A stretch of 64,000 nt of DNA from an uncultured Pseudomonadota bacterium (GCA_964429275.1 CAYSBJ010000001.1:327776-391775), one strand, 5' to 3'; shown: positions 20,595-30,588, counted from the stretch's first letter. Program-made: numbers and translations. The notes: a model not told the origin generated them from the sequence alone.

Positions 20595-22319
20595 TTATGA
20601 TACAAATACTTTGTTTTTTTGAGCGGTCACAAGTGTTTCTTTGAGCATGAAAAGCTCTAAGCGTTTCGTTTGGTACCGTGCCATGGTGTATAACGCTTGC
20701 GCTACCAGCGAATGTATTTGTCTGCCAACAAAGCCATCCAGAAGTTCAGCCAAATATTCTTTTTGGTTTTTGATTTCATCACTTATCTCGAGTTCACGAT
20801 CAAGAATGTGCTGTTTCAGGTAAAGGCTTAGTAAGAGGACCCGCTCTGTTTTGCCTGGTTTGGTAAAGTGAACGTAATTAGACGGATCAATTCGATTTAG
20901 AAGGGCGAGGTCGAGCCGTTCTGCGTGGTTACTTGAAAGGATAAACATTATTTTCTTGTCGACGGCATTTTCAAAGAAGCTAAGCATGGTGGTGGTAAGG
21001 TCATTGGTCATTTCAGTGGCATAGATCGAGCTGCGGTCGGGAAACATTGTTTCTGCTTCATCAAATATCAAAATAACCGGCAGTGGGCTGGTGCGCGCCC
21101 ACCGGAGAATATCTGCCAGGGCTGCTTGCGCTTTTGCCGCCGAGCCAAGCCGCTTAAAAGCTGGTCCTCGAATGATGATGTGATGGGCTATTTTTTGTTC
21201 AGAGAGCCGTCGCGCAAACGCTTGCGCAGCCATTGTTTTTCCGGTGCCTGGGGGACCATAAAACAGCATATTGCTCAGCGGATAGCCTTCTTGTATCGCC
21301 AGGGTAAAGCCGGAAAATTTATCGAGTACTTGATGGGCAAGCGTCGGTTCAAGAATGACCGACTCTATGTTTGAGGCTGGTAGTGTGTAGCCGCAAAGTC
21401 GTTCCCACCAATTTAAGAGAGAGGTGTCGGCTTTTTCAATTAATGTGGGTCGGCGTTTGAAATACCGCTTTCCTACAAAGTAGGCTAGTATTAATGCTGC
21501 GCTGCTTCCCGCAATGATAGGCGGAAGCAGTCGTTGGTGCCGCTCGGTTCGCTCGGTGCGTGCAGTTTTCACTTTTTCTCCTTCGAGTCGGGCTAATGCG
21601 ACTTTTTCTTCAGCGCGGTGAGCGGTTGCCTTGGCTTCATATGCTTGTCGGTCTGCCTGCATAGTTTGGCGATGTTCAACGCCGTATGCTTGTTCATGGG
21701 CTAAGATCTGTGCGTTACGGCTATTTTCGGCTGCAGAAAGGCTTACAATAAGGTCTTCTTGTGCGGAGAGCGCGGTGTTCTTTTGTTGCTCTGCTTGGGC
21801 TATGGTTGCGCTAGTCGCGGCGCGTGTTTCCAGTAGTTTTTGCTCGGTGGCTATCTGTGTTTGTTGGCGTTGGTGTTGGCGTTCTGCCTGGACTTGAGGG
21901 TCTTTTTGCAGGGCTATATAGAAAGCCCCATACGCAGTGCGAAGCTCATCAAAATGTTGCTTTATCTCTTCACTATGCGTTCCATCGACCCACCGTTGTA
22001 CCAGGCTTAGAGTGTGGGCCGTATCAAGGGTTTCTGCTGGACGTTGTGTTAATTCTTCTAAATGTCTGCGCAAAATGTTTTTGGGGCCACAATCTTGTTT
22101 CCATGCAAAGAGCTCTGGTTGTTCAGTGATAACGTGCTGTATAGCGGCATCACCCTGTGTCTCAAGCGTAGGAGATTCCTGTATTTTGAGCTCAACAAGG
22201 TGAATGAAGGCATTGGTTTTTGTCAAAAGCTCTTGGTTTTGCTGCGCACTGCTTGTGCAATGGCAGTCCGACTGCAGGAGACTAAAGACACTAATGGTAA
22301 GGATAAAAAAGAGGCGCAT
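20595..22319 (-). CDS. ATAD3-like AAA+ ATPase with signal peptide, coiled coil and TM
   Basis: NMLFYGPPGTGKT, WARTSPLPVILIFDEAE, ILSSNH, LDLALLNRID; preceded by coiled coil, TM and RPTLIE. Confidence 0.8.
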   Translation of the reverse strand: MRLFFILTISVFSLLQSDCHCTSSAQQNQELLTKTNAFIHLVELKIQESPTLETQGDAAIQHVITEQPELFAWKQDCGPKNILRRHLEELTQRPAETLDTAHTLSLVQRWVDGTHSEEIKQHFDELRTAYGAFYIALQKDPQVQAERQHQRQQTQIATEQKLLETRAATSATIAQAEQQKNTALSAQEDLIVSLSAAENSRNAQILAHEQAYGVEHRQTMQADRQAYEAKATAHRAEEKVALARLEGEKVKTARTERTERHQRLLPPIIAGSSAALILAYFVGKRYFKRRPTLIEKADTSLLNWWERLCGYTLPASNIESVILEPTLAHQVLDKFSGFTLAIQEGYPLSNMLFYGPPGTGKTMAAQAFARRLSEQKIAHHIIIRGPAFKRLGSAAKAQAALADILRWARTSPLPVILIFDEAETMFPDRSSIYATEMTNDLTTTMLSFFENAVDKKIMFILSSNHAERLDLALLNRIDPSNYVHFTKPGKTERVLLLSLYLKQHILDRELEISDEIKNQKEYLAELLDGFVGRQIHSLVAQALYTMARYQTKRLELFMLKETLVTAQKNKVFVS

Positions 22320-22605
22320 ACTTTCCTTTGTGATTGACCGGTCGAAAAGTGCGGGTTGAGCAAATGTACCGAGGAGATGCTTGTTTACGCAATGGTCGGC
22401 TTTATTGGGTAAGAATAAGCGTGAAATAAGCGTTTATTTGAGATTATCCCCTCGTGTGGTATGATAGCACGTTCGTTTTTCCAGCAATGCTGACAAAAAA
22501 GTAAGCGTTGTCGCGTCATCGACCTTCCTCTGAGTATCGTAGTGGACAGGAGAACTGAGCGCTTATTTGTATCTTGTAACCGCCCAATCGGGCAGGAGTA
22601 TTTCT

Positions 22606-23919
22606 ATGTTATCTCGTATTATTACCAGCTTGTGGGGAGAACTTTCCCGCGAGGAAATGAAAAAATTTGGGCTCTTAAGCTCCATCTTCTTCTTGCTGAT
22701 AGGTTCTTATTGGTTGTTGCGTACACAGAAGAATGCGGTATTTGATGCTCTCGTGGGCTATCAATATCAACCACGAGCAAAAATAATAAACTTATTTGCC
22801 TCGGTGGTGCTGGTCCTCATTTATTCTAAACTTATTGATATTCTTGGTAAAAAGAACTTATTGCTCACGTTGGCTATGTTCTTTTCTGGTGGTTTTATGT
22901 TGTTTGCCTACCTCCTGCAATTTAGCTCTATTGGCTTTGCTGATCCGGTGGCGAGCCCGTACCGCTTGCTTGGATGGTTTATTTATCTGATGACAGAATG
23001 GATTGGCTCACTAATGGTTGGGTTGTTCTGGGCGTTTGTTACCAGTACTACCAAGGCAGAATCAGCGAAAAAAGGCTATCCTCTTATTCTTGCTGGGGCA
23101 CAAATTGGTGCCGTGATTGGTTCATACCTTTCCTTTAAGACTGAGTATTTTGGGATTACACCGCTTTTTACTGTCGGTTCTATAGCGTTGGGGCTTATTA
23201 TTCCAATGGTTTTTCTTTATCTCAAACTGGTTCCGGTGGAGCCTGGTATGGAGCCAAAGGGGGTGGATGGAAAAAAACCGAAGACTGGTATGCTTGAAGG
23301 GCTTAAGATTTTGGCGACCCGTCCGTACATTATGGGTATCTTTGCGGTTTCAACTATTTACGAGGTAATCAATACGATTCTTGAGTTTGAGATGAACATG
23401 ATTGCGAAACAAACGTACATCACGAAAGAGGCCTTTGCTTCCTTTAACGGTACGTATGGCATTTTGGTAAACACGCTAGCCTTCCTTTTTGCGTTGCTTG
23501 GTACCAGCTTCCTGATTCGTCGCTTCGGGCTGCGTTTTTGCTTACTAATGTTTCCCATAATGACCACTGGTTTGGTAGTTGGCGTTTATTTCTCTCCGGT
23601 CCTCGGTATGTTGCTCGGCGCCTGTATGGCGATCAAGGGGTTGAGTTATGCGCTGAATAATCCAACCAAGGAAATGATGTATATTCCGACATCGCAAGAC
23701 GTACGGTTTAAAGCTAAAGGCTGGGTCGACCAATTTGGTAGTCGTTCCTCTAAAGGAGCTGGCTCTATTGTGAGTGATCTCTTTAAGTCATCTGTTAGCG
23801 ATCTTTTGCTCTACAGCACGATTATCTCTCTTGGTCTTATTGGCGTATGGATAGTTGCAGCCGCGTATGTTGGCAGCCGCTTTAAGCTGCTGACAGAGGG
23901 TAATCAGGTGGTTGAGTAA
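22606..23919 (+). CDS. NTT/TLC-family nucleotide translocase
   Basis: YWLLRTQKN, FWAF, KGLSYALNNPTKEMMYIP, KAKGWVD; AGGAG RBS. Confidence 0.92.
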   Translation: MLSRIITSLWGELSREEMKKFGLLSSIFFLLIGSYWLLRTQKNAVFDALVGYQYQPRAKIINLFASVVLVLIYSKLIDILGKKNLLLTLAMFFSGGFMLFAYLLQFSSIGFADPVASPYRLLGWFIYLMTEWIGSLMVGLFWAFVTSTTKAESAKKGYPLILAGAQIGAVIGSYLSFKTEYFGITPLFTVGSIALGLIIPMVFLYLKLVPVEPGMEPKGVDGKKPKTGMLEGLKILATRPYIMGIFAVSTIYEVINTILEFEMNMIAKQTYITKEAFASFNGTYGILVNTLAFLFALLGTSFLIRRFGLRFCLLMFPIMTTGLVVGVYFSPVLGMLLGACMAIKGLSYALNNPTKEMMYIPTSQDVRFKAKGWVDQFGSRSSKGAGSIVSDLFKSSVSDLLLYSTIISLGLIGVWIVAAAYVGSRFKLLTEGNQVVE

Positions 23920-24120
23920 TCTCGACCGAAAAGATATTGAATTTAAGGGCACTTTCTGTTGTGTGCGCCCTTGGTGCTTTATTGAATTATCTGTTTGTTT
24001 TCTATATAATCCCTGTCTTGCTTTAATAGTGTGGTGTATTAAAGCAGTTCTTTTTAGTATGAATGCACCACGGTATTAGTATCATGTAGAACCCCGCATA
24101 GGGGAGGAGAATAAAACACA

Positions 24121-25434
24121 ATGTTGTCACGTTTAGTTGGCTTTTTATGGGGTAATCTTTCCCGCGAAGAGATGAAAAAATTTAGTCTCTTAAGTTGTAT
24201 CTTTTTCTTGTTGATTGGTGCTTATTGGCTCCTTCGTACACAAAAAGACGCAGCATTTGACGCTATTGTTGGTTACCAATATGTTCCACGAGCAAAAATG
24301 GTAAACCTATTTGCATCAGTATTTTTGGTGCTTATTTACTCTAAATTGATCGACGTTCTTGGTAAAAAGAACTTGCTCTTAACCCTTGCAACCTTCTTCT
24401 CAGGAAGTTTCTTGGTTATTGCCTACCTTCTTGAGTACTCAACGTTCGGATTCTTGAATCCTGTTGCAAGCCCTGATCGTTTGTTCGGTTGGTTTGTGTA
24501 CTTGATGATCGAATGGCTTGGAACATTGATGGTTGGTCTTTTCTGGGCATTTGTAACTAGCACAACTAAGACAGAGTCTGCCAAGAAAGGATATCCAATT
24601 ATTCTTGCTGGTGCGCAAATCGGTTCTGTTTTGGGATCATATTTGTCGTTTAAGTCTCACTTGTTCGGTAATGCCTTGCTCTTTAGTGTTGGTGCTATTG
24701 GTCTTGGGCTGATGGTGCCTATGGTTATTTTGTACCTGTACCTTATTCCTGCTGAGCCAGGAACAGAAAAGTCTGCTGGTGATGCTAAGAAGCCAAAGAC
24801 TGGTATGCTTGAAGGTCTTAAAATTTTGTTGACTCGTCCGTACATCATGGGTGTTTTGGCTGTTTCGACCATTTACGAAGTAATCAATACGATCCTCGAG
24901 TTCGAAATGAAGATTATTGCAAAGCAAACCTATGTAACGAAAGAAGCTTTCGCTTCCTTTAACGGTATGTACGGTATCTTCGTAAACTGCTTGGCACTGG
25001 CTTTTGCAGTGCTTGGTACCAGTTTCCTTATTCGTCGCTTTGGTCTTCGTTTCTGCTTGCTCTTGTTCCCAATAATGACTGCTGGCTTGGTAATTGGTGT
25101 ATACCTCTCTCCAGTGCTTGGCATGTTGGTAACAGCGTGTATGGCGGTGAAAGGCTTGAGCTATGCCCTTAACAACCCAACCAAAGAAATGATGTACATT
25201 CCGACATCACAAGACGTGCGCTTTAAGGCTAAAGGCTGGATTGACCAGTTCGGTAGCCGTTCTTCAAAAGGTGCAGGTTCTTTGGTGAGTGATATTTTCA
25301 AATCATCTGTTTCTGATTTGCTTCTTTATAGCACCATTATTTCTCTTGGATTGATCGGTGTTTGGGTAGTTGCAGCAGCGTTTGTTGGTAGCCGCTTTAA
25401 AAAGCTTACCGACAATAACCAAATTGTAGACTAA
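24121..25434 (+). CDS. NTT/TLC-family nucleotide translocase (close tandem paralogue of 22606)
   Basis: Same motifs; same length (437 aa) and collinear with the upstream copy. Confidence 0.92.
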   Translation: MLSRLVGFLWGNLSREEMKKFSLLSCIFFLLIGAYWLLRTQKDAAFDAIVGYQYVPRAKMVNLFASVFLVLIYSKLIDVLGKKNLLLTLATFFSGSFLVIAYLLEYSTFGFLNPVASPDRLFGWFVYLMIEWLGTLMVGLFWAFVTSTTKTESAKKGYPIILAGAQIGSVLGSYLSFKSHLFGNALLFSVGAIGLGLMVPMVILYLYLIPAEPGTEKSAGDAKKPKTGMLEGLKILLTRPYIMGVLAVSTIYEVINTILEFEMKIIAKQTYVTKEAFASFNGMYGIFVNCLALAFAVLGTSFLIRRFGLRFCLLLFPIMTAGLVIGVYLSPVLGMLVTACMAVKGLSYALNNPTKEMMYIPTSQDVRFKAKGWIDQFGSRSSKGAGSLVSDIFKSSVSDLLLYSTIISLGLIGVWVVAAAFVGSRFKKLTDNNQIVD

Positions 25435-25454
25435 TTCTACTAAACGATTAAACT

Positions 25455-25483
25455 AAAAGGGCCTGATATTCAGGCCCTTTTTT
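25455..25483 (+). terminator. Intrinsic terminator
   Basis: AAAAGGGCCTGA-TAT-TCAGGCCCTTTTTT. Confidence 0.85.
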
Positions 25484-25505
25484 ATTTATTTCGGGTGTAG
25501 TAGTT

Positions 25506-26774
25506 ATGCAATGTATCCAGCGCGGCGTTGACCGCACAGTCCTTCTTCTGGCACTCCTCTTCTTTTTTATTATTGGCACATTTTGGTTGCTTGGTAGTCT
25601 TCAGGAGCCAATCTTTTATCATTTGGTGGGGCGCGAGTATCATCCCCAAGTGAATGTCATATCTTTTTTTTGCATTATTCCACTCTTGGTTGGCTATGTG
25701 GCTGGGCTCAGTCGCTGGCGACCGCAGATGGTGCTTTCGGTTGCAACGGTAATGTACGGACTCTTTTTTGGTCTTGCAGCACTATTGCTTACCGTGCCTG
25801 GCATCGGGTTGCCGGGAGCAACGCCGTCGGTTAATAATTTTCTGGGATGGGCATTTTTTGCCATAACCAAGACGTATGGCTCACTTATGGTAACTCTTTT
25901 TTGGACGTATGCTACCAGTGTTACAACGGTGGAAAGCGCAAAACGGAGTTTTCCTTTTATCACGACTTGTGCCCAGCTTGGTTCGCTGGCCGGGGCGACG
26001 CTGGTGCGTGTGGGGTCTGACTGTGGTATACCATTTTTGGTAGGGGGCGCAGTGGGTGGTATGGGGATCATATTGCTTTCTCTGTATCTTTTGCGTGATG
26101 TTGCAGTGGCAAATGGAGTGGCAGTTGGTAAGCCATCGGCTGGTATATTTGAAGGTTTTTGGCTTCTGGTTCGTCATCCATACTTGCGCGGCGTCTTGGT
26201 TGTTTCGACTGGGTATCTTATTATCACCGCTTTTTTTGACTATCAACTGCATTATCTAGCGCATCAGGTCTATCCGACAATTGAGGAGTTTGCCTGGTTT
26301 AAGGGAGTGTACGGGCAGTGGGTGAATGGGGTCACTTTTGCCTTGTCGCTTATTGGTACTGGTTGGTTTTTGCGCCATCTTGGTGTTGCGGCTTGCTTGC
26401 TGGTGTATCCGCTACTTACGGCAGTTTGCATTGCGATTGCTTGGAGTTTTCCGATTCTATGGGTAATAGCTGCGGTTATGGTCTGTATTCGCGCCTTCTC
26501 CTTTGGGTTTAACAATCCGACCAAAGAAATTGTGTACATTCCTGAAAGTGAAGAAGTCCGCTTTAAGGCTAAGGGATGGATTGACATTGTTGGCTATCGA
26601 GCTGCCTTTGCGGCAGGAGCGCAGATGACTTCTCTGATTGCGCAGCCCTACCAGCTCTTTATTAATGCAAGCACGGGGCTTTCCTTTATCATCATTGTGA
26701 TCTGGGGGTATTACGCTTGGGTGGTTGGTCGTCATTTCAAAAAAACTCAGTCTGAGAGTGATTTGGAGCGGTGA
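25506..26774 (+). CDS. Divergent NTT/TLC-family transporter
   Basis: FWTYA, FNNPTKEIVYIP, RFKAKGWID. Confidence 0.85.
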   Translation: MQCIQRGVDRTVLLLALLFFFIIGTFWLLGSLQEPIFYHLVGREYHPQVNVISFFCIIPLLVGYVAGLSRWRPQMVLSVATVMYGLFFGLAALLLTVPGIGLPGATPSVNNFLGWAFFAITKTYGSLMVTLFWTYATSVTTVESAKRSFPFITTCAQLGSLAGATLVRVGSDCGIPFLVGGAVGGMGIILLSLYLLRDVAVANGVAVGKPSAGIFEGFWLLVRHPYLRGVLVVSTGYLIITAFFDYQLHYLAHQVYPTIEEFAWFKGVYGQWVNGVTFALSLIGTGWFLRHLGVAACLLVYPLLTAVCIAIAWSFPILWVIAAVMVCIRAFSFGFNNPTKEIVYIPESEEVRFKAKGWIDIVGYRAAFAAGAQMTSLIAQPYQLFINASTGLSFIIIVIWGYYAWVVGRHFKKTQSESDLER

Positions 26775-26855
26775 AAGAGTAAATTGTTCTTTGTATTTAG
26801 GGTATTTGGTATTTTGGATCAACAGTGAATTGATAATTATAGACGCGTGACCGCG

Positions 26856-26932
26856 CGTCATTGCGAGCGAAGCGCGGCAATCCAGAGATTACTTGGCTGG
26901 ATTGCTTCGTCACGTTGTTCCTCGCAATGACG
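26856..26932. repeat. Inverted doublet of CGTCATTGCGAG palindromic repeat (11-nt spacer)
   Basis: CGTCATTGCGAGCGAAGCGCGGCAATCCAG-agattacttgg-CTGGATTGCTTCGTCACGTTGTTCCTCGCAATGACG. Confidence 0.9.
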
Positions 26933-26993
26933 GCGAATGCCGTCCATAGAGTTTTAAACCTATACAGGCAAGATGTGAATAGAGGAGCATAGT

Positions 26994-29123
26994 GTGAAGA
27001 GACGGTATGTCGCGATTATCCCAGTGGTCTTAGCGGCTGTTTTCTTTATTGGGGTTGTTCTGCGGCCGTACACGGTTCCCGAGCCTTTTCGTTCTCGAAA
27101 GGCCGCTGTTGCAACCGCGGTTGCTGGCGGCGTGTTGGGTCTGATTGCATTGTGGGCGCGGCAAAAAATGAAAACTGCTCAAACGAAAAAAGAGCGAAAA
27201 AATGCGCAGCGTATTCTGCGATGGTGTGCTGTTCTGAGTGTAGGATCTTTCGGTGCCAGCGCGTACGGAGTTTTTTCGGGTGATGATAAACCAGCGGGCA
27301 GTGTCGATAGGGCTATTAAGCGCGCTGATGGCAGTCGCGTGACGGCTGATGAGCTAACGGTGGCTGATATTAACGCTGAGAATTTTAATGTTAACCAAGA
27401 TGCGCCTGCGTTTGATCGTGGTACATTGCTTACCCAGTATCTTCATTACGGAGAGAAGGAAGATGAGGCGTGTGCTTTGATCGAAAAGGGCGCCTCCGTT
27501 ACGAAGGACTTTTGTGGTGAAAAAAACGCATTTCACGATGCCGCGCTTCACGGTCAGAGTAAGGCAATTAGAGCGCTTATCGGGAAGCATAAAGATCTCA
27601 TGAATGTTGTTGATTTATCCGGTAATACTCCTCTTATGTATGCTATATATGCGGGAGAAATCGGTGATTCTTTTGCCTGCGTTAAAGCTCTGCTTGAGGC
27701 GGGGGCGGATATGACTGTTGGAATGCGCGATGGCGATACTCTGTTGCATTATGCCGCGAGAAGGAATTCTGCGGTGACCCGTTATTTGATTGAGGTCATG
27801 CATATGAACAAATGGGTGACAAATAATGAGGGGCAAACCCCGTTGCATTGTTTTGCAAGTGGCTATGCTAAGGAGGGCTCTGAAGTCATTGAGCTTCTTT
27901 GTCGCGGTGCGACGCTGGCGCAAATAGACGCGCAAGATGCGAAAGGGCGCACTGCGCTGTATTATGCGGCAGCAGGCCGAAAACTTGAGCTTTTTAAAGC
28001 ATTGCTGGTCGATGGGGCAGAGGCGAATATTGTGGATAAAGACGGGAAATCGCTATTGACGGCGCTACTTACTGCGCCGTTCTACATGCCCGATGACTGG
28101 AGGCCTGAAGCAATAAGGAAGCAGTCGGCTATTGCATTAGAGCTTTTGAAGCGTGGCGCATCCTTTGATCAGAAGTATGGCGAGGAGGGAGAAAGCTTAT
28201 TTTATTGCGCACTGAGATTATGTTGGACCGGCGATACCTCTGCCGAGGCGGTTGTCGCTGAAATGCTTGAAAAGGGAGTGTGTAAAAAAGATTTATTAGA
28301 TGCTTTTTCTCGCGCAATAAAAACTCTTAGCGGAGATGAGTTGGCACTACTATTGAAGCATCGATGTCTTGAGCGGTTTGACTCGGTAGAGCAAAGAGAT
28401 TTGCTTCTGCAGGCTTTAAGTCCAGGTGGAAATGATGGTTTGCGAGCACGAGTTGCAATTCCGCTCATTCAAAGCGGTGTGCCGGCTGATGAGTCAGGAC
28501 GCGATGGGGACACTCCTCTCCTCTTGGCTGTCAAAGGTCTGCTGCGACTGCGGACCCATCCTTACCGCGTTGATGATATACAGGGTTTTAAAGAATTTAT
28601 TGCCGCTTTGCTCAACCGTGGTGTGAGTGGCGAGAGTATTACAAAGGCCTTAGGATTGCTTCGAGATGGAGCGAATGAGGCAGAGCAAGAAGTGCGAAAG
28701 ATGCTTATTCGGGCTCAGTTGCTCTTCCCGGAGGCGGAGGACCTTGAAGGTAATACTTTGATGGGTGTCTTTCTGAATATCGCCAACAGTGATAAGGAAA
28801 GTGTTTTTGATGCACGTCGCATTATTGATTACGCCCCAATTTCTCTGAGTGCGCTGAAGAGTGCTTGTAACTTAGCGACGGATGACGATTGGCGTAATAA
28901 TGGTAACCGGTTATTGAATTGGCTTATGGGAGACAAGTATTGTTCTCCAGTTCGGCCTAATTTGCTTTCTACTTCTCAGGAGCTTTCTAAGGAGGAGGCG
29001 TCAAAAGAGCTTTTAGACATTGCTCAGCGCATTGTGGCGGCAGGCAAGTTTATCGTATCAGAGTCTAATAAGAAGCGTTTTGATGCGCTCTGTAGTGGCA
29101 AAGAGAAGATTAAATTTTGGTAG
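26994..29123 (+). CDS. Ankyrin-repeat protein with N-terminal hydrophobic segments
   Basis: GNTPLMYA, GDTLLHYAA, GQTPLH, GRTALYYAA, GDTPLLLAV. Confidence 0.9.
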   Translation: MKRRYVAIIPVVLAAVFFIGVVLRPYTVPEPFRSRKAAVATAVAGGVLGLIALWARQKMKTAQTKKERKNAQRILRWCAVLSVGSFGASAYGVFSGDDKPAGSVDRAIKRADGSRVTADELTVADINAENFNVNQDAPAFDRGTLLTQYLHYGEKEDEACALIEKGASVTKDFCGEKNAFHDAALHGQSKAIRALIGKHKDLMNVVDLSGNTPLMYAIYAGEIGDSFACVKALLEAGADMTVGMRDGDTLLHYAARRNSAVTRYLIEVMHMNKWVTNNEGQTPLHCFASGYAKEGSEVIELLCRGATLAQIDAQDAKGRTALYYAAAGRKLELFKALLVDGAEANIVDKDGKSLLTALLTAPFYMPDDWRPEAIRKQSAIALELLKRGASFDQKYGEEGESLFYCALRLCWTGDTSAEAVVAEMLEKGVCKKDLLDAFSRAIKTLSGDELALLLKHRCLERFDSVEQRDLLLQALSPGGNDGLRARVAIPLIQSGVPADESGRDGDTPLLLAVKGLLRLRTHPYRVDDIQGFKEFIAALLNRGVSGESITKALGLLRDGANEAEQEVRKMLIRAQLLFPEAEDLEGNTLMGVFLNIANSDKESVFDARRIIDYAPISLSALKSACNLATDDDWRNNGNRLLNWLMGDKYCSPVRPNLLSTSQELSKEEASKELLDIAQRIVAAGKFIVSESNKKRFDALCSGKEKIKFW

Positions 29124-29134
29124 GGCTGCAATAT

Positions 29135-29162
29135 TTGACTTGTCTGTCAAAACCTGTAGACT
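29135..29162 (+). promoter_or_regulatory. Putative sigma70 promoter of the tRNA-lgt-dnaG-rpoD cluster
   Basis: TTGACT-16 nt-TAGACT, ending about 20 nt upstream of the tRNA. Confidence 0.45.
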
Positions 29163-29183
29163 CTACCTCTCTCAAATTTTTAT

Positions 29184-29260
<77 letters not shown>

Positions 29261-29356
29261 AACTTCTTGCGTTTACAACTGTGTCGGGCGCAAGTGAGTC
29301 TGTAAATCGGTGCGCATGTATGGCCGGCACTACATTATCTTTATGGTGTTTGGTTC

Positions 29357-30139
29357 ATGAATCCTTTTATTTTCCATCTTTTCGGTCCTCTTTCTGTGTC
29401 GTGGTACGGTTTTCTTATTGTGGTCGGGACCGCCCTCTCTCTCTATCTTATTTACACTGATATTCGGCGATCATCGATCGTAACGACAACGCAATTTTTT
29501 GATTGTGCAACTGGTGGCGCCATTGGCGGCTTGCTGGGGGGCAAAATCTTATTTTTTCTCACCGAGTGTCGAAACTTGTCTATTTCTTCTTGGGAAGAGG
29601 CGGCGGCGCTCGCGCTTGGCGGATTTGCCATTTTGGGAGCAATTATAGGCATAATCGTGGGTGTTCTTGTTGTTGCTCATTACTATAGGGCAGATCTTAT
29701 TGCTGTTGCTGACCTTGGTGGTGCGTATGGTTTGTTGGCGCATGCTGTTGCCCGCCTTGGCTGCTTTATTTCCGGATGCTGTTATGGTATTCCGGTAAAG
29801 GCAGGTTCCTATGCCGTGGTATATTCTGATCCTGCCTGTTTGGCTCCACTTTCTATTCCTCTTTTGCCGACGCAGCTTATTATGGCTGCGGGTTCGCTTG
29901 TTGGATTCTTCCTTTGTATGTGGATTTATCACCGCCGTGGGCGTCGTGATGGACTTACGTTTTCCCTCTATGTTTTGTGGGAGTGCGGTGCGCGGTTTGT
30001 CATTGATTTTTGGCGTGGTGACCGTCCTGTGTTGTTGTATGGGTTGAGTGTGTATCAATGGGTTGCGCTAGGAATTATTTCCGCAATGCTGGTGTTTTTA
30101 GTTTCTGTTTTTAAAGGAAAGGGTAAGCGACGATGGTAG
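29357..30139 (+). CDS. lgt: Prolipoprotein diacylglyceryl transferase
   Basis: SWYG, GGKILF, ARLGCFISGCCYG, PTQL, RFVIDFWRGD. Confidence 0.92.
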   Translation: MNPFIFHLFGPLSVSWYGFLIVVGTALSLYLIYTDIRRSSIVTTTQFFDCATGGAIGGLLGGKILFFLTECRNLSISSWEEAAALALGGFAILGAIIGIIVGVLVVAHYYRADLIAVADLGGAYGLLAHAVARLGCFISGCCYGIPVKAGSYAVVYSDPACLAPLSIPLLPTQLIMAAGSLVGFFLCMWIYHRRGRRDGLTFSLYVLWECGARFVIDFWRGDRPVLLYGLSVYQWVALGIISAMLVFLVSVFKGKGKRRW

Positions 30140-30588
30140 AAAGTTTTTTGAAGAGGCGTGCATGGTGGATTGCCGTGCAAATGTTCACGTTTGTTAGTGT
30201 TTTTGGAACTTTGTTCTATTTGGCCCTCCTTGCCCAGGCCTATATGCCTTCTACGTATTTTTATGCCGCTTTTGCTGGAGTCATTGGGCTCGCGGCGGTT
30301 TTGGTGCGGTCTTTATACCGCCGATCGGTGGCTGGTACAAATACGGAAAGTACTCCTTTCTACTTGTTTGGTATGCTTTTCGGCCTCACTCACTATGTTA
30401 TACGGCTGGTGGCGGATCAGCGTACTTTGTTTGGTGCGGCACCCGACTTGCCTGCGTTTAGTCTTGTCGCGATGGCTGGGTTAGGCGGAATTTATTGGTT
30501 TGCAGTGAAGATGAGTATTGCTGCTGGCCTTGGTGTTGCAGCGGTGCAGTTGTTTATGGCTTGGTGGGGACGGAGGAAGTCCGGGTGA
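30133..30588 (+). CDS. Hypothetical 4-TM membrane protein
   Basis: Hydrophobic ORF overlapping both the lgt stop and the dnaG start. Confidence 0.7.
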   Translation: MVESFLKRRAWWIAVQMFTFVSVFGTLFYLALLAQAYMPSTYFYAAFAGVIGLAAVLVRSLYRRSVAGTNTESTPFYLFGMLFGLTHYVIRLVADQRTLFGAAPDLPAFSLVAMAGLGGIYWFAVKMSIAAGLGVAAVQLFMAWWGRRKSG

